A stretch of DNA of 64,000 nucleotides, taken from the NCBI GenBank assembly GCA_040902515.1, contig JBBDXB010000006.1, positions 499,419-563,418 of the forward strand, read 5' to 3'. Of the stretch, positions 1-10,461 are shown in pieces. The notes under the pieces were generated by a model. That model saw only the letters and a list, made by a program, of their open reading frames with translations. It was not told the origin of the DNA and ran no database searches. A program made the position numbers and the translations under genes. The stretch is from Patescibacteria group bacterium. Lineage in GTDB: Bacteria > Patescibacteriota > SICC01. The number at the start of each line of letters is the position of its first letter. Position 1 is the first letter of the stretch.

Positions 1-2
1 GC

Positions 3-587
3 TGTACGCTCAAGCCCACGCCGGAAACATCAAACACCGAAGCGCTGGCGGGAGTCGTGGAGAAGGAGCTCCGGAAGCAGGGAGCGGAGACGGAACTGCT
101 CCGGGTGGTCGACTACGACGTCCATCCCGGCGTGAGCAATGACGAAGGTGCCGGTGACGAATGGCCGATCATCCGGGAGAAGGTCCTGGCGGCGGACATC
201 CTGGTCATCGCCACGCCGACCTGGCTCGGGCAGCAATCCAGCATGGCCAAACGGGTGCTGGAGCGGCTCGATGCCGTGATCTTCGAGACGGACGACGCCG
301 GACGCCCGCCGGCGTACAACAAGGTCGCAGGGGTCGTAGTGACCGGCACGTCGGACGGCGCGCACTGGGTAGCCGCCGACGTCCAGGCGGCGCTGATCGA
401 GATCGGATTCACCGTGCCGGGACAGTCTTGGACGTACTGGAACATCGGGCCGGGAGGTGGCAAGGGCTATACCGAGACCGACCAGGGGCACGACTGGTCG
501 GAGTCGACCGGCAAGGCGGCTGCCTCGAACCTCTACGCCGTGGCGGAAGCGCTCCGGGCGAATCCGATCCCGGCGCCGCCGAAGTAG
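3..587 (+). CDS. NADPH-dependent FMN reductase / flavodoxin-like fold protein, 5' partial (ORF open to window start)
   Basis: Frame continues to nt 3 without a stop; the flavodoxin-like motif ILVIATPTWLGQ and overall ~180 aa size fit the NAD(P)H-FMN reductase family; the usual N-terminal MKIL..GS segment is missing, consistent with truncation by the window edge. Confidence 0.6.
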   Translation, partial: CTLKPTPETSNTEALAGVVEKELRKQGAETELLRVVDYDVHPGVSNDEGAGDEWPIIREKVLAADILVIATPTWLGQQSSMAKRVLERLDAVIFETDDAGRPPAYNKVAGVVVTGTSDGAHWVAADVQAALIEIGFTVPGQSWTYWNIGPGGGKGYTETDQGHDWSESTGKAAASNLYAVAEALRANPIPAPPK

Positions 588-602
588 CCTCGAGCGGTTG
601 TC

Positions 603-1574
603 TTATGCGGCCGCGTACACGCGGGCCGTACCCCCGCGTTCACCGATCAGCAGCTCTCCGGTCACTCCGAAACTGACGGTGGTCACGTCTTTGTGTTCCC
701 GATCGGCAACCACCCTCAGGGCGCGCTCCTCGCACAGCGCAGGCACCGAAAGCACGGCGATCCGTTCCTGATCGGCCACGGCCAGGAGTGTCCCGTCCGG
801 GCTGAAGTCGAAGCTCTCGATCTCGTCGATGCCCAGCGAGTCGGTCTTGATTCGTTTCGGCCCGCCGCCATCCAGGGAGTACGTCACGAAGTCGCCGTCG
901 TCTTCGCGGGCAATGATGCTGCGACCGCCCGGGATGAAAGCCACGAATTCGATCGGTCGGGGCAACGATTGCTCGTAGACGGACCGGTATGTCCCGTCGG
1001 GATTCCGGCTAAGGAGGCCGATCGTATCGCGACCATCGGCACTTTCCGCGGGGATGGTGCGATAGGCCACGGCATTGCCCTGGCGATTGAATTCCACCTG
1101 GTGCAACTCCCGCTCTCCCAGAGGAATCGTGGCGACCGGTTCCTTCGACCGATCCACGTCGTAGATCCTGAGCGACCGTTCGCCGCCCCGGCCGCGCTTG
1201 GTGTGGGCCGTCGCGATGCGCGTGCCGGTTTGGTCGATGGTAAAGACATCGTCCTGCACGAAGGACGCGTCACGGCGCTCACCGGCCTGGCGTTCTCCGT
1301 CGGTGACGAGCTGCACCAGCTCCTTACCGCCGACCCGTTTCACAAAGGCCACATCGCCGCTATCGCCGATGAAGACATCGTGGATCGGCTTTCCCTGCTC
1401 CGTGCCGAGCAGTTCGTTCAGGGTGCCATCGGCGTCGATGGCGACCAGCCTGGTCCGAGTGGCAAGGATGACGGTGCCGTCGACGTTCGCTACCGACGCT
1501 TCAAGGATGCTGCGTCCTGCCGTGCGCTCGACGGGTTCCGCTGAGAGGTCCGGGATCGGAATCCTTTCTACCAT
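603..1574 (-). CDS. beta-propeller (TolB/PD40-like repeat) protein; alternative start at 1601
   Basis: Repeated DG(T/S) strand motifs (DADGT, NPDGTY, SPDGTLLA) over 320 aa; the ATG at 1574 is preceded by a GAAGGA Shine-Dalgarno, whereas the upstream ATG at 1601 has a poor RBS. Confidence 0.5.
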   Translation of the reverse strand: MVERIPIPDLSAEPVERTAGRSILEASVANVDGTVILATRTRLVAIDADGTLNELLGTEQGKPIHDVFIGDSGDVAFVKRVGGKELVQLVTDGERQAGERRDASFVQDDVFTIDQTGTRIATAHTKRGRGGERSLRIYDVDRSKEPVATIPLGERELHQVEFNRQGNAVAYRTIPAESADGRDTIGLLSRNPDGTYRSVYEQSLPRPIEFVAFIPGGRSIIAREDDGDFVTYSLDGGGPKRIKTDSLGIDEIESFDFSPDGTLLAVADQERIAVLSVPALCEERALRVVADREHKDVTTVSFGVTGELLIGERGGTARVYAAA

Positions 1575-1615
1575 GGGCGTCCTTCGTTCATGACGATTCA
1601 TCTTACCGTTAACGT

Positions 1616-1644
1616 GGTTAAAAAGACAATAAAACAGGTATAAT
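1616..1644 (+). promoter_or_regulatory. putative sigma70-like promoter for the 1086-aa ORF, giving a near-leaderless transcript (-10 TATAAT at 1639-1644)
   Basis: Perfect TATAAT 12 nt before the ATG at 1657; the -35 (TTAAAA-like) is weak. Confidence 0.3.
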
Positions 1645-1656
1645 CAGACGCTCTCC

Positions 1657-4600
1657 ATGAAAGCCATGCCACCAGAACGGACCGAGTCCGCGACGCCGGA
1701 AATCATCGAGCGCCCGCTCGAGCAGACCGATCTCGATCGGTTCGTGACGGATTATTTCGACGACCACTCCGAGTATCTTTCCCTGCTCGTGGACTTGGGC
1801 AATTACACGGAGGAAGACCTGACCCCCAACGAGCTTACCGAGATGCTCGACATCGATGCTGAACGGCTGGAGCGGCTTGGCCTCGGATACTACCTTCGTG
1901 CTGCGAAGTTAAGTGATGAACCCCGGCTGTTCCATGAAGCAGGTCCCGTGCCGCGAGGGCGTCTACTGGCCGAGCATGGCGTTGACATCCCGCGCCCGGT
2001 CACGGCCGTCGACCTGGTGACCTTGCAGTACCTGATGGACACTACCGAAATTACCGATGACGTCGATGGCCGCCGGGCCGTGCTCATGAAGCCCGCCGGC
2101 CGCACGCTGGAAGCGGGGGATGCCTGCTATTCCGGGAACGGGTTACAGAGGATCTATGACGCCGCGCATGGGAAGATCGGCCGGATCGCCGAGAACATCA
2201 CGGTGCACATGAATGACCGCCTGGGGGAATGCCTGAAGGTGCTCGATGACCAGCCGCTCCCGGTCCGGGAGGGTGCGGTTTGCAAGGCCCGACTCGGGTT
2301 GGCGGAGATATTAGAACGGCACGAAAACGTCCGTCGGGCCATCCTGCACAGCATGCCGATCTGGGAATTACATGAGCACGTCAAATCGGATCGACGGACG
2401 ATCGAGGCACTGGCCGAACGGACCGGCGCGCTCAGCAATGATCCGGTCGACGATCTCCGTAGGTTCAGTCTTCGCGGCTTCATGAAGGATCATCGGGAGC
2501 ATGTGGTAGCGGACGATGTGCAGTTCCGTTCGTTCGAGGCAACCACGGCACATTCGCCGTTGATACGCCAGGACGTACTATTCGGCGTTTTCTCCGATCC
2601 CCGGCCGATGGAGGTGCAGCGCTCGGCGGCTGTGCAGGTGCGGGAACTTCTCGCTGAACGGGTGCTGGCGAGCCGGCCGGAGTGGGATGCGCTCCGGCGA
2701 CGGTATCAGTCGGAAAAGCTGGTCGAAGGCTGGGACCTTTCCGTGCGTCTGGAAGACTTCGCGTTGATGGTGGCTCGTCTCGGCACGGAACGGACGGATG
2801 CGCTGCTTCGCGGCAGCGACGATATCGGTCGCACGCTGCGAGGCTTCGGACTGCTGGAACAGGTCGGCAAAGTCCGATCTCTGGACGCCACCGGCGAACT
2901 GGAAGCGGAAGTCGGATCAGCCGGAAGAATCCTGGACGGCGGACTCTGGGAAAACCTGCGTTTCCTCTCGGCCAGCTGGACCAGGGTCGGGAAGTATCCC
3001 GGCACTCCGTTCTCCGAACCGGTACCGGAGACGGACGAGGCGATGGACGCGTTCTGCTATGACCGCTGCCGCCTGGTGTACGAACGGGCAGCGGCGGCAT
3101 ATGCGGCCGATCCCTGGAAGCATTCGGAGACCGGAGCGGTCATCCCGTTCGAAGCGGCGGTCCTGACACAGAAGATCGAATGGATGTACTACGACATCGA
3201 CGTGCCCGGCGTATCCGAGGAAACGATCCGGACCGTCCTGGCCAGCTCACCGGTAACCGTCGATACGTTAGGGGACCATTACCGGATAGCCTGGTCCGAG
3301 GAGCATGGCAAGATGCCGGAAGACCCCGAGGAACGACAGAAGTACCTGGTCCGGGAGGCCGTCGACAGGGCGGCGTTCCTGAGAGACCTGTTCGAGCAGG
3401 CCGCCGCGCACCCGGAAGCGCCGGGGAGATTACTACTGGCCGAAACCCTTGAAAAACGGCAAGCGGAACTGGCCGAGGAGGGGGAAGACCGGAGCCTGGA
3501 AGCGTACTTCACCCCCCATGAACGTACGCTCTATGTGATCCACGCGGAAGAGCTTGCCAAGGTGAGGAAATATGAATGCTTGGCGGAAATCGCGACTTGG
3601 CGCGGTTCGCTCGAGCCGGAGGATCGGGCGCGGTTCGCGCCGCCGGCCGAGGACCTGGACGACCTGGTCTGGTTGTGGCGGATCGCGGAGGAGGGGCCGC
3701 AGGGGCAGTCGCGCTACTACCAAGCTGTCGAAGCATTGGGCCATCGTATCGTCCGGAACTACGTCTGCCTCTTCAACAGTCCCGAGCGGCGCCGTCCGGC
3801 AATGCTCTTCCCGCTCACGGACCGCCTGAAATGGACCGCATACCTTGATCGGGTAACGAAGTCGGAGATGGTTTCCCTACTGGGAGCAGTCGACAGGCAC
3901 GGGGATCACAGGCACCTTTGCGGACTGCTCGCTGAGTACGACCCGGAGCGTGACCCGCTTCGCGACCGCGGGCCGATCGACTCGCTCCGGACACTCCGGA
4001 GCCGTGTCACCGCGATCCGATCGGGCCTGGATATCAATCGGCTGCCTGGCGAATGGAATGTCCTGCTGGACGCTCCCGGTTTCGACTTCGAAGCGCTGAA
4101 GGACATGATGCACCGGCCGGAGTTCCGGGAACTGCGCGAGGGAGGGCTCGATCGGGAGCAGCCGTACCCTGCGACCTCCCGGCCGTTTCTCCCGGAGCGT
4201 CCGTTGACGGAAGCGGTCTCGGCTGCGCTGGGGTCCCAGCGCGAGGGACGGCCCGGCGCGGCGACCCGGCCGAAGCGGCTCTTCCACGAGCTGAAGCACC
4301 TGTTGGCAGAGCGGCGGCCGGATTTGCAGGTGGGCGACCTGTGCCGGGATGTTCCCGAGGAACTGACGCAGCCCGTGCTGGAAGCCGTCCGCCGGTTCGA
4401 GGCGAGGCCGGAAGCGATCACCGGGCCGGTCCTGCAGGCGACGTTGCACGACAAGTCGGATCCGGAAGGCTGGGTCTGCGGTAACTACACCGACTGCTGC
4501 ATGCCGTTCGGTCGCTCGACCAACAACGATTACATGACGAACCCCCGCACCCAGTACTTCACCGTCAAGTACCGGGGCCGGGTCATCGCCCAGTCGGTAG

Positions 4601-4917
4601 TCATCCAGTCAGAGCGGATCAGCGACGGTGTACCGGCGATCGTGCTCGACAGTATCGAGATAGCGAAGAAGTACGCCCCCATGCTGCCGCAGATCAACGC
4701 GTCGTACCGTGGCTTCTGGAACGGCCGGTGGGGGCAGCCGATCCTGGTGGGGGCGAACGATCCGGCCCATCCGATGACCGGGGAGCGCGCCGACGGTACG
4801 GCGCTTCGGGAGACGTATCGCCCCCTCGGACCCGTCGACTACACCGACTCCTGGAACTACCACCTCTTCCCGTTCGGCGGAAGCGCGGACGAGGGAAGCC
4901 AGGCTCCGGCAGCCTGA
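1657..4917 (+). CDS. large acidic hypothetical protein (1086 aa) with a Cys-rich C-terminal segment (CGNYTDCCMPFG)
   Basis: Long uninterrupted ORF with high-GC codon bias and a clean ATG; no recognisable catalytic motif. Confidence 0.6.
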   Translation: MKAMPPERTESATPEIIERPLEQTDLDRFVTDYFDDHSEYLSLLVDLGNYTEEDLTPNELTEMLDIDAERLERLGLGYYLRAAKLSDEPRLFHEAGPVPRGRLLAEHGVDIPRPVTAVDLVTLQYLMDTTEITDDVDGRRAVLMKPAGRTLEAGDACYSGNGLQRIYDAAHGKIGRIAENITVHMNDRLGECLKVLDDQPLPVREGAVCKARLGLAEILERHENVRRAILHSMPIWELHEHVKSDRRTIEALAERTGALSNDPVDDLRRFSLRGFMKDHREHVVADDVQFRSFEATTAHSPLIRQDVLFGVFSDPRPMEVQRSAAVQVRELLAERVLASRPEWDALRRRYQSEKLVEGWDLSVRLEDFALMVARLGTERTDALLRGSDDIGRTLRGFGLLEQVGKVRSLDATGELEAEVGSAGRILDGGLWENLRFLSASWTRVGKYPGTPFSEPVPETDEAMDAFCYDRCRLVYERAAAAYAADPWKHSETGAVIPFEAAVLTQKIEWMYYDIDVPGVSEETIRTVLASSPVTVDTLGDHYRIAWSEEHGKMPEDPEERQKYLVREAVDRAAFLRDLFEQAAAHPEAPGRLLLAETLEKRQAELAEEGEDRSLEAYFTPHERTLYVIHAEELAKVRKYECLAEIATWRGSLEPEDRARFAPPAEDLDDLVWLWRIAEEGPQGQSRYYQAVEALGHRIVRNYVCLFNSPERRRPAMLFPLTDRLKWTAYLDRVTKSEMVSLLGAVDRHGDHRHLCGLLAEYDPERDPLRDRGPIDSLRTLRSRVTAIRSGLDINRLPGEWNVLLDAPGFDFEALKDMMHRPEFRELREGGLDREQPYPATSRPFLPERPLTEAVSAALGSQREGRPGAATRPKRLFHELKHLLAERRPDLQVGDLCRDVPEELTQPVLEAVRRFEARPEAITGPVLQATLHDKSDPEGWVCGNYTDCCMPFGRSTNNDYMTNPRTQYFTVKYRGRVIAQSVVIQSERISDGVPAIVLDSIEIAKKYAPMLPQINASYRGFWNGRWGQPILVGANDPAHPMTGERADGTALRETYRPLGPVDYTDSWNYHLFPFGGSADEGSQAPAA

Positions 4918-4956
4918 AAAAGCTGATTCCGCACGGCTTGTTGGTACACTGGGCGT

Positions 4957-6705
4957 ATGCTGCGAACACACACACTCGGAGAACTCCGGCCGAAGCATGC
5001 CGGCAAGGCCGTCACGTTGGCCGGCTGGGTGCACCGCCGTCGCGACCATGGCGGGCTGATCTTCATCGACCTGCGCGACCGGGATGGCCTGACCCAGCTG
5101 GTCCTGCATCCCGAGCAGGAAGCGGCGTTCAAGACGGTCGACGGCGCCCGTCCGGAGTGGGTGCTACAGGTGACCGGCGCGGTACGGAAGCGCTCGAAAG
5201 AGACGATCAATCCCGACCTTGCGACCGGCGAAGTGGAAGTCGCGGTGGAGCAGGTGAACGTCCTGGCCCGGTCGCAGACACCGCCGTTCGAGATCGATTC
5301 GCAGGGAGACGTGGGCGAGGAGATCCGCCTGAAGCACCGGTATCTGGATTTGCGGAAAGAGGTGGGTGACCGGATCCGTCGTCGCCACGAGGTAATCAAG
5401 GCGATCCGCGGCTTCTACGACACACAGGGATTCACCGAGGTCGAGACGCCTCTCCTGACCAGCAGCTCGCCGGAAGGCGCACGCGACTTCGTCGTGCCGA
5501 GCCGCGTGCATCCGCACCAGTTCTACGCACTGCCGCAGGCACCGCAGCTCTTCAAGCAGCTCCTGATGGTCGGCGGGATGGACCGGTACTACCAGATCGC
5601 GCGGGTATTCCGCGACGAGGACCTGCGCGGCGACCGTCAGCCGGAGTTCACGCAGATCGACGTGGAGATGACCTTCGCCGAGGAGGAAGACGTGATCGGA
5701 CTGAACGAGCGGCTCGCGACCGATATCACCAGACAGTTCACCAAGAAGAAGATCCCGAAGACGCCGTTCCCGCGGCTCACGTACCGTGAGGCGTTGGAGC
5801 GGTTCGGGACGGACCGGCCGGACCTTCGGTTCGGGATGGAGCTCCGGGACGTGACGGATGTAGTGAGGAAGAGCGACTTCAAGGTGTTCACGGACGCCGA
5901 CCAGGTGAAGGCGGTCGTCGTGCCGGATGCCGCGGACCTGAGCCGTGGCGAGATCGACACGCTCACCACGTTCGCGACGGAAGAGGGGGCGAAGGGCCTG
6001 GCTTGGCTGAAGGTGCCGAAGTCCGGAACGTTCGACAGCCCGATCGTGAAGTTCCTGCCGGACGACGTGCAGAAAGCCCTGCATAAGGCGCTCGGCACAA
6101 AGGCCGGTGACCTGGCCCTGTTCGTCGCCGACCGACCGCCGGTGGTGGCGAAGGTGCTGTCGGCGATCCGCCACCGGATCGGTCGCGAACGCGGCCTCGC
6201 CGACCCCGACGTGTTCGCGTTCGCTTGGATCACCGAATTCCCGATGTACGAACGCGACGACGACACCGGCCGCTGGGACTTCAGCCACAACCCGTTCTCG
6301 ATGGTCGCGAATCCGGAAGCGCTCGACGAGGAATCGCTGGAGGAGGTCCGCGGCCGTCAGTACGACCTGGTCCTGAACGGCGAGGAAATCGCCGGTGGCG
6401 CGATCCGGAACCACGATCCGGAATTGCTGAGGAAGGTCTTCGGGAAAGTCGGTTACAAGGAGGACCACTTCGAGAAGGCTTTCGGGCACTTCCTCGAGGC
6501 GTTCAAGTACGGCATGCCGCCGCACGGCGGAATCGCCTGGGGGCTGGACCGCTTCCTGATGCTGCTGATGGACCAGCCGAACATCCGCGAGGTGATCGCG
6601 TTCCCGAAGAACCAGCGTGCCGAGGACCCGATGATGCAGGCGCCGCGCGAGCTCGAACCGGAACAGCTCCGGGACGTGCACATCCAGCTGCGGAAGCGGG
6701 ATTAG
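4957..6705 (+). CDS. aspS: aspartate--tRNA ligase (bacterial type)
   Basis: N-terminal OB fold (RTHTLGELR...GWVHRRRDHGGLIFIDLRD), class II motifs FRDEDLRGDRQPEFTQID and GGIAWGLDRFLML; 582 aa. Confidence 0.95.
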   Translation: MLRTHTLGELRPKHAGKAVTLAGWVHRRRDHGGLIFIDLRDRDGLTQLVLHPEQEAAFKTVDGARPEWVLQVTGAVRKRSKETINPDLATGEVEVAVEQVNVLARSQTPPFEIDSQGDVGEEIRLKHRYLDLRKEVGDRIRRRHEVIKAIRGFYDTQGFTEVETPLLTSSSPEGARDFVVPSRVHPHQFYALPQAPQLFKQLLMVGGMDRYYQIARVFRDEDLRGDRQPEFTQIDVEMTFAEEEDVIGLNERLATDITRQFTKKKIPKTPFPRLTYREALERFGTDRPDLRFGMELRDVTDVVRKSDFKVFTDADQVKAVVVPDAADLSRGEIDTLTTFATEEGAKGLAWLKVPKSGTFDSPIVKFLPDDVQKALHKALGTKAGDLALFVADRPPVVAKVLSAIRHRIGRERGLADPDVFAFAWITEFPMYERDDDTGRWDFSHNPFSMVANPEALDEESLEEVRGRQYDLVLNGEEIAGGAIRNHDPELLRKVFGKVGYKEDHFEKAFGHFLEAFKYGMPPHGGIAWGLDRFLMLLMDQPNIREVIAFPKNQRAEDPMMQAPRELEPEQLRDVHIQLRKRD

Positions 6706-6844
6706 TCGCCACCCCACGGCAATCCGGGATTCTCCTCAGGGCACCTCGCGACGAAGCGAGATGCGCTCAGGAGATGCCTGTTCCCAATCGGTCCGCTGGA
6801 GTGCGGGGAATCGGGAACAGGCGGTGCGTCAGCGATACGGGAGG

Positions 6845-7261
6845 TCAGTAGAGCGGGGCGTCGATGAGCTCGGGGTCCGGACCGTCGATGTCGTAGACCC
6901 CTTGCAGGCCCCAGTGGATCCTTGTGGCGGGGTCGAGCGGGATGACGAAGAACGTCACGTCCTCGTGGCCGATGCGCATGGCGAACGCCCCGAAGCGATC
7001 CACCTCGACGGGAATGCTGAGCCGGTGCATCGATCCGCCTGAGCTGCGCCACCCTACGTAGAACGAAGGGAACGGGCCGTACGCAGGTCGGCAGACCACG
7101 AACACGGCCGCCTTCGTCCACGAATCGATGACCGCGCCGACGTCCGCGTCCGGGTCCTTGGGCCAGGGCGTGGCATCCGGGTCACCAGGCACCGTGATCG
7201 ACGGCAACTCCGGCCAGTACTTCGGGTCGCCGAGGCCGTGCTCGGCCTTCATGTCGCGCAT
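6845..7261 (-). CDS. hypothetical protein (138 aa)
   Basis: ORF with coding-like GC3 bias, convergent with aspS; no motif recognised. Confidence 0.4.
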   Translation of the reverse strand: MRDMKAEHGLGDPKYWPELPSITVPGDPDATPWPKDPDADVGAVIDSWTKAAVFVVCRPAYGPFPSFYVGWRSSGGSMHRLSIPVEVDRFGAFAMRIGHEDVTFFVIPLDPATRIHWGLQGVYDIDGPDPELIDAPLY

Positions 7262-7391
7262 ATGGTCCTTCCGTCCGGGTTCGATGTAAAAGAGCGCCGA
7301 CGTTCAGTTATCGCGTATTTGAGGTAGGCAGTCAAGGAAAGCGAGGCGGCCTTGTGGCCGGCGTGCGGGGCGGTTCTTATACAATGGACCC

Positions 7392-8333
7392 GTGAAGGCG
7401 TCCCAGATCACCGGCTACGGCGGCAACGAGGTCACGGTACTGGACGATGTCCCCGAGCCGGAAGCAGGGGAGGGCCAGGTGGTGGTCTGGGTATATGCCG
7501 CCGGCGTGAACCCGTTCGACGCGAAGCTCCGGGCGGGAAACTTCAAGGATTCGATCAAGCTTGAATTCCCGGCCACGCTGGGCGGTGACCTGGCCGGCGT
7601 GGTCACGGCGGTCGGACCGGGCGTGTCCGGCGTCTCGGTCGGCGACGAGGTCTACGGTTCGGCGAAGGCAGCGAGCGGCGCTGGCTCCTTCGCCGAGTCC
7701 ACCGTGATATCCGCGGACCAGCTGGCGCCGCGGCCGCCCGGCATCCCGTGGATCGAAGCCGGCGCGCTGCCGCTGGCCGGCTCGAGCGCGTACCAGGTGG
7801 TCGTCGAGCACCTCGGCGTGTCCAAGGGACAGAAGATGCTGGTTCATGGGGGCGCCGGCGGCATCGGTTCGCTGGCCATCCAGATCGCCAAGCATCTCGG
7901 GGCGCACGTGATCACGACGGTCAGTGCCCGGGACCGGGAATTCGCGCGTGAACTCGGCGCCGACGAGATCATCGACTACCGCACCGAATCGTTCACTGAC
8001 CTGGTCCGGGACTGTGATGCCGTCCTCGACACGGTCGGCGGCGATGTCACCAAAGACTCGCTGAAGGTAATCCGCCCTGGCGGCCGCCTCGCCTCGATGC
8101 AGCTCTTCGGCCCGCTCGAGGGGGCCGGGCAGTACGACGTGGAAGTGATTCCCGTGCATGGCAAAGCCACCGCGGACCGCCTCGCCTCGCTGGCGGAACT
8201 GGTCAGCCAGGGAGCGGTGCGGCCCGTCGTCGACAGGACGTTCCCGCTGGAGCAGGCCGGCGAGGCGCTGACCTACCTGCAGGAGGGACATCCGCGCGGG
8301 AAGGTGGTCGTACAGGTGCGCACCGATCAGTAA
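7392..8333 (+). CDS. qor: NADPH:quinone oxidoreductase / zinc-type alcohol dehydrogenase-like (MDR superfamily), GTG start
   Basis: GroES-like N-terminus followed by a Rossmann HGGAGGIGSLAIQIAK motif; 313 aa. Confidence 0.85.
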   Translation: MKASQITGYGGNEVTVLDDVPEPEAGEGQVVVWVYAAGVNPFDAKLRAGNFKDSIKLEFPATLGGDLAGVVTAVGPGVSGVSVGDEVYGSAKAASGAGSFAESTVISADQLAPRPPGIPWIEAGALPLAGSSAYQVVVEHLGVSKGQKMLVHGGAGGIGSLAIQIAKHLGAHVITTVSARDREFARELGADEIIDYRTESFTDLVRDCDAVLDTVGGDVTKDSLKVIRPGGRLASMQLFGPLEGAGQYDVEVIPVHGKATADRLASLAELVSQGAVRPVVDRTFPLEQAGEALTYLQEGHPRGKVVVQVRTDQ

Positions 8334-8344
8334 TAGAAAATAAA

Positions 8345-8390
8345 GGTCCCCGTCCGGCTTCTAAAAAAGAAGTGGTTCCGGACGGGAACG
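8345..8390 (+). terminator. stem-loop downstream of qor (9-bp stem cccgtccgg/ccggacggg with nested hairpin; no clear U-tract)
   Basis: Inverted repeat seen directly in the sequence. Confidence 0.35.
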
Positions 8391-8597
8391 GGCGCTCCAG
8401 GGGCGAGCGTACCCGGAGCGCCTGCCCCGACCGAAGGAAGTGTTGTTAATGCCTTTCCGCCAGGGAAAGAAATCTCACCCGAGCATACTCAAAATGCTTT
8501 TAGAAGACCTTGGTTAAGGGAATAACTGGTAAGCATTGTCGGCTGGCCAGGTCCGCCGCATTGCCAAGGGTATGATTGTCGGGTACGTTAGTTCGCT

Positions 8598-9920
8598 ATG
8601 ACACTACCCCGAAACACCGAGCCAGAGCCGTCGCCGGACGGCACCGAAGGACTGCCGCGCGAAGAAGCGTACCGGCGGGCCGCGGACCGGTTGCTGGTGG
8701 AATCCGTACAACGCCGCGCCGAGGACGCATGGGAGGCGATCAACGGGTTGCCCGAGGAGGTTCCCGCGGACATCGAATCCCGCGTGCCGCACTGGGCGCA
8801 GTTGCTCGATGCGCACGACGCTCTCGAGAGTACCCGTGCCCGGGTGACCCGTGTCGTAGGCAAGGGTGTCGCGGATGCGGAACCGCGTCTCCAATTGGCT
8901 TGGGCGCACACCATCGGTGCCAGCTCGCTCACCGAACTCCGGATGCACCAGTGGGAAGTACCCGGATCCCCACGGCCCAAGACGGCCATCAATGCCGCGG
9001 GCCGGGCGATCGAGACCTACGAGCGGGTCGTCTTCGAGAAACCCGGCACGCTCACGGAAGAACGGCGGGAAGCCGCCATCGCCCACGTCTGGCTGGCCGC
9101 GGACATGATCGAAACGTCGGAGGAGATCGGGTTGGAGCGGTATCCCCAGCAGAGGCGCTGGACCGCCCGGGCGCTCGAGGTCGCGAAGGTCGGTCGCCAG
9201 CGGATGCGACGCGGCCGCGATGCTGAGGCACCGCTGGCGAAACTCGACGCGGCGGAGATCGCGCTGCGCCGGTCGGTGGTCTCCATGGAGACCAAGCCGG
9301 TACCTCCGAAGTTCGTCCGGCGACACACCACGGCGATCCTGGATATCGCGGACCGGTACCGTGAGCGCGAAGCCGAGCTCGGACTCAGCGCTCAGGAGCT
9401 ACTGGAGATCGCGCAGGCCGACCTGGTCGCCGCGGAGCAGATCGGGCTGGAAGTGGAATCCCGTCATGGGGCGGTCGCGCTGCTTTTGCACCGGGTCGAG
9501 CGTGAACGGGAGGAGACGTTCGAGGCCAACGTGGCCCGTATCGATAACCGGTGCAAAGGTCTGGTCGACCAGGCACACGATGCCGGCACGGCGGTCGGCG
9601 AAACGTTCGCGTACTACTTCGATACGGAAACCTCGACGATGCTCGAACTGCGTAGCGATCCGGGGCGGGTACGGATCCTGCCGTGGGTCCACGATCAGGA
9701 GCACGACACGTACGTGCGCCGTCCGGGCGGGGTCAAGAAAACGGAGGTCAAGCAGTACGGATGGGAGCATGACGAGGACGGACTGCCGAAAGATTTCTTT
9801 TCCTTCCATGCGCTCACCCGTGACCTGCGAGGCGATGCCGCCGACGCAGCCGCGGAGCTCGCGAAAACCTTGCATCGGGACCTCGTACCGGTACATCCGT
9901 CCCGGATTCGCCGCGGCTGA
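8598..9920 (+). CDS. hypothetical protein (440 aa, helical, Glu/Arg-rich)
   Basis: Long ORF with a clean ATG start; no recognised domain. Confidence 0.6.
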   Translation: MTLPRNTEPEPSPDGTEGLPREEAYRRAADRLLVESVQRRAEDAWEAINGLPEEVPADIESRVPHWAQLLDAHDALESTRARVTRVVGKGVADAEPRLQLAWAHTIGASSLTELRMHQWEVPGSPRPKTAINAAGRAIETYERVVFEKPGTLTEERREAAIAHVWLAADMIETSEEIGLERYPQQRRWTARALEVAKVGRQRMRRGRDAEAPLAKLDAAEIALRRSVVSMETKPVPPKFVRRHTTAILDIADRYREREAELGLSAQELLEIAQADLVAAEQIGLEVESRHGAVALLLHRVEREREETFEANVARIDNRCKGLVDQAHDAGTAVGETFAYYFDTETSTMLELRSDPGRVRILPWVHDQEHDTYVRRPGGVKKTEVKQYGWEHDEDGLPKDFFSFHALTRDLRGDAADAAAELAKTLHRDLVPVHPSRIRRG

Positions 9921-10032
9921 GCGGCCTTCAGCATGCAGTACCCGTCGGGGTATTTTTTGTTGGTGATGCACGAGGTAGCGACGGACCGAAAGGCGTACAA
10001 TGGCCTCGCAGTAACTCGATCACGGAGGCTCC

Positions 10033-10461
10033 ATGAGCGACACGACCCTGACCCCATATCTTAGCTTCAAGGACAGCAAGACCAAGGAGGCCATGGAGTT
10101 CTACCGAGGCATCTTCGGTGGCGAACTGAAGATGCAGACGTTCGGTGACACGCCGATGGACTTTCCGGAAGAGAAGAAGGCGCTGATCATGCACGCCTCG
10201 CTCGAAGGCGGGGCGATGAACCTGTTCGCCAGCGACGGTGCGAAGGACGAGGACTACGTGGCCGGGACGAACGTGAATCTTTCGATCAACGGCTCGGATG
10301 AGCAAAAGCTTCGGGAGTACTTCGACGACCTCAGCGAAGGCGGCACAGTGACGATGCCACTCGAGAAGGCGTTCTGGGGTGACCTCTTCGGCATGGTGAC
10401 CGACAAGTACGGCATCCACTGGATGGTGAACGTCGGCAGCGGGGAAATGGGGTCGGCATGA
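10033..10461 (+). CDS. VOC-family protein, PhnB-like (glyoxalase / 3-demethylubiquinone-9 methyltransferase-like fold)
   Basis: PYLSFKD...AMEFYRGIFGGEL...HASLEGG...FWGDLFGMVTDKYGIHWMV signature of the PhnB family; RBS GGAGG. Confidence 0.8.
   Translation: MSDTTLTPYLSFKDSKTKEAMEFYRGIFGGELKMQTFGDTPMDFPEEKKALIMHASLEGGAMNLFASDGAKDEDYVAGTNVNLSINGSDEQKLREYFDDLSEGGTVTMPLEKAFWGDLFGMVTDKYGIHWMVNVGSGEMGSA

Noticed and set aside
5164-6717. 517-aa minus-strand ORF
   Set aside because: Antisense to aspS, whose identity is unambiguous; composition is non-protein-like
7377-8291. 304-aa minus-strand ORF
   Set aside because: Antisense to the MDR oxidoreductase gene
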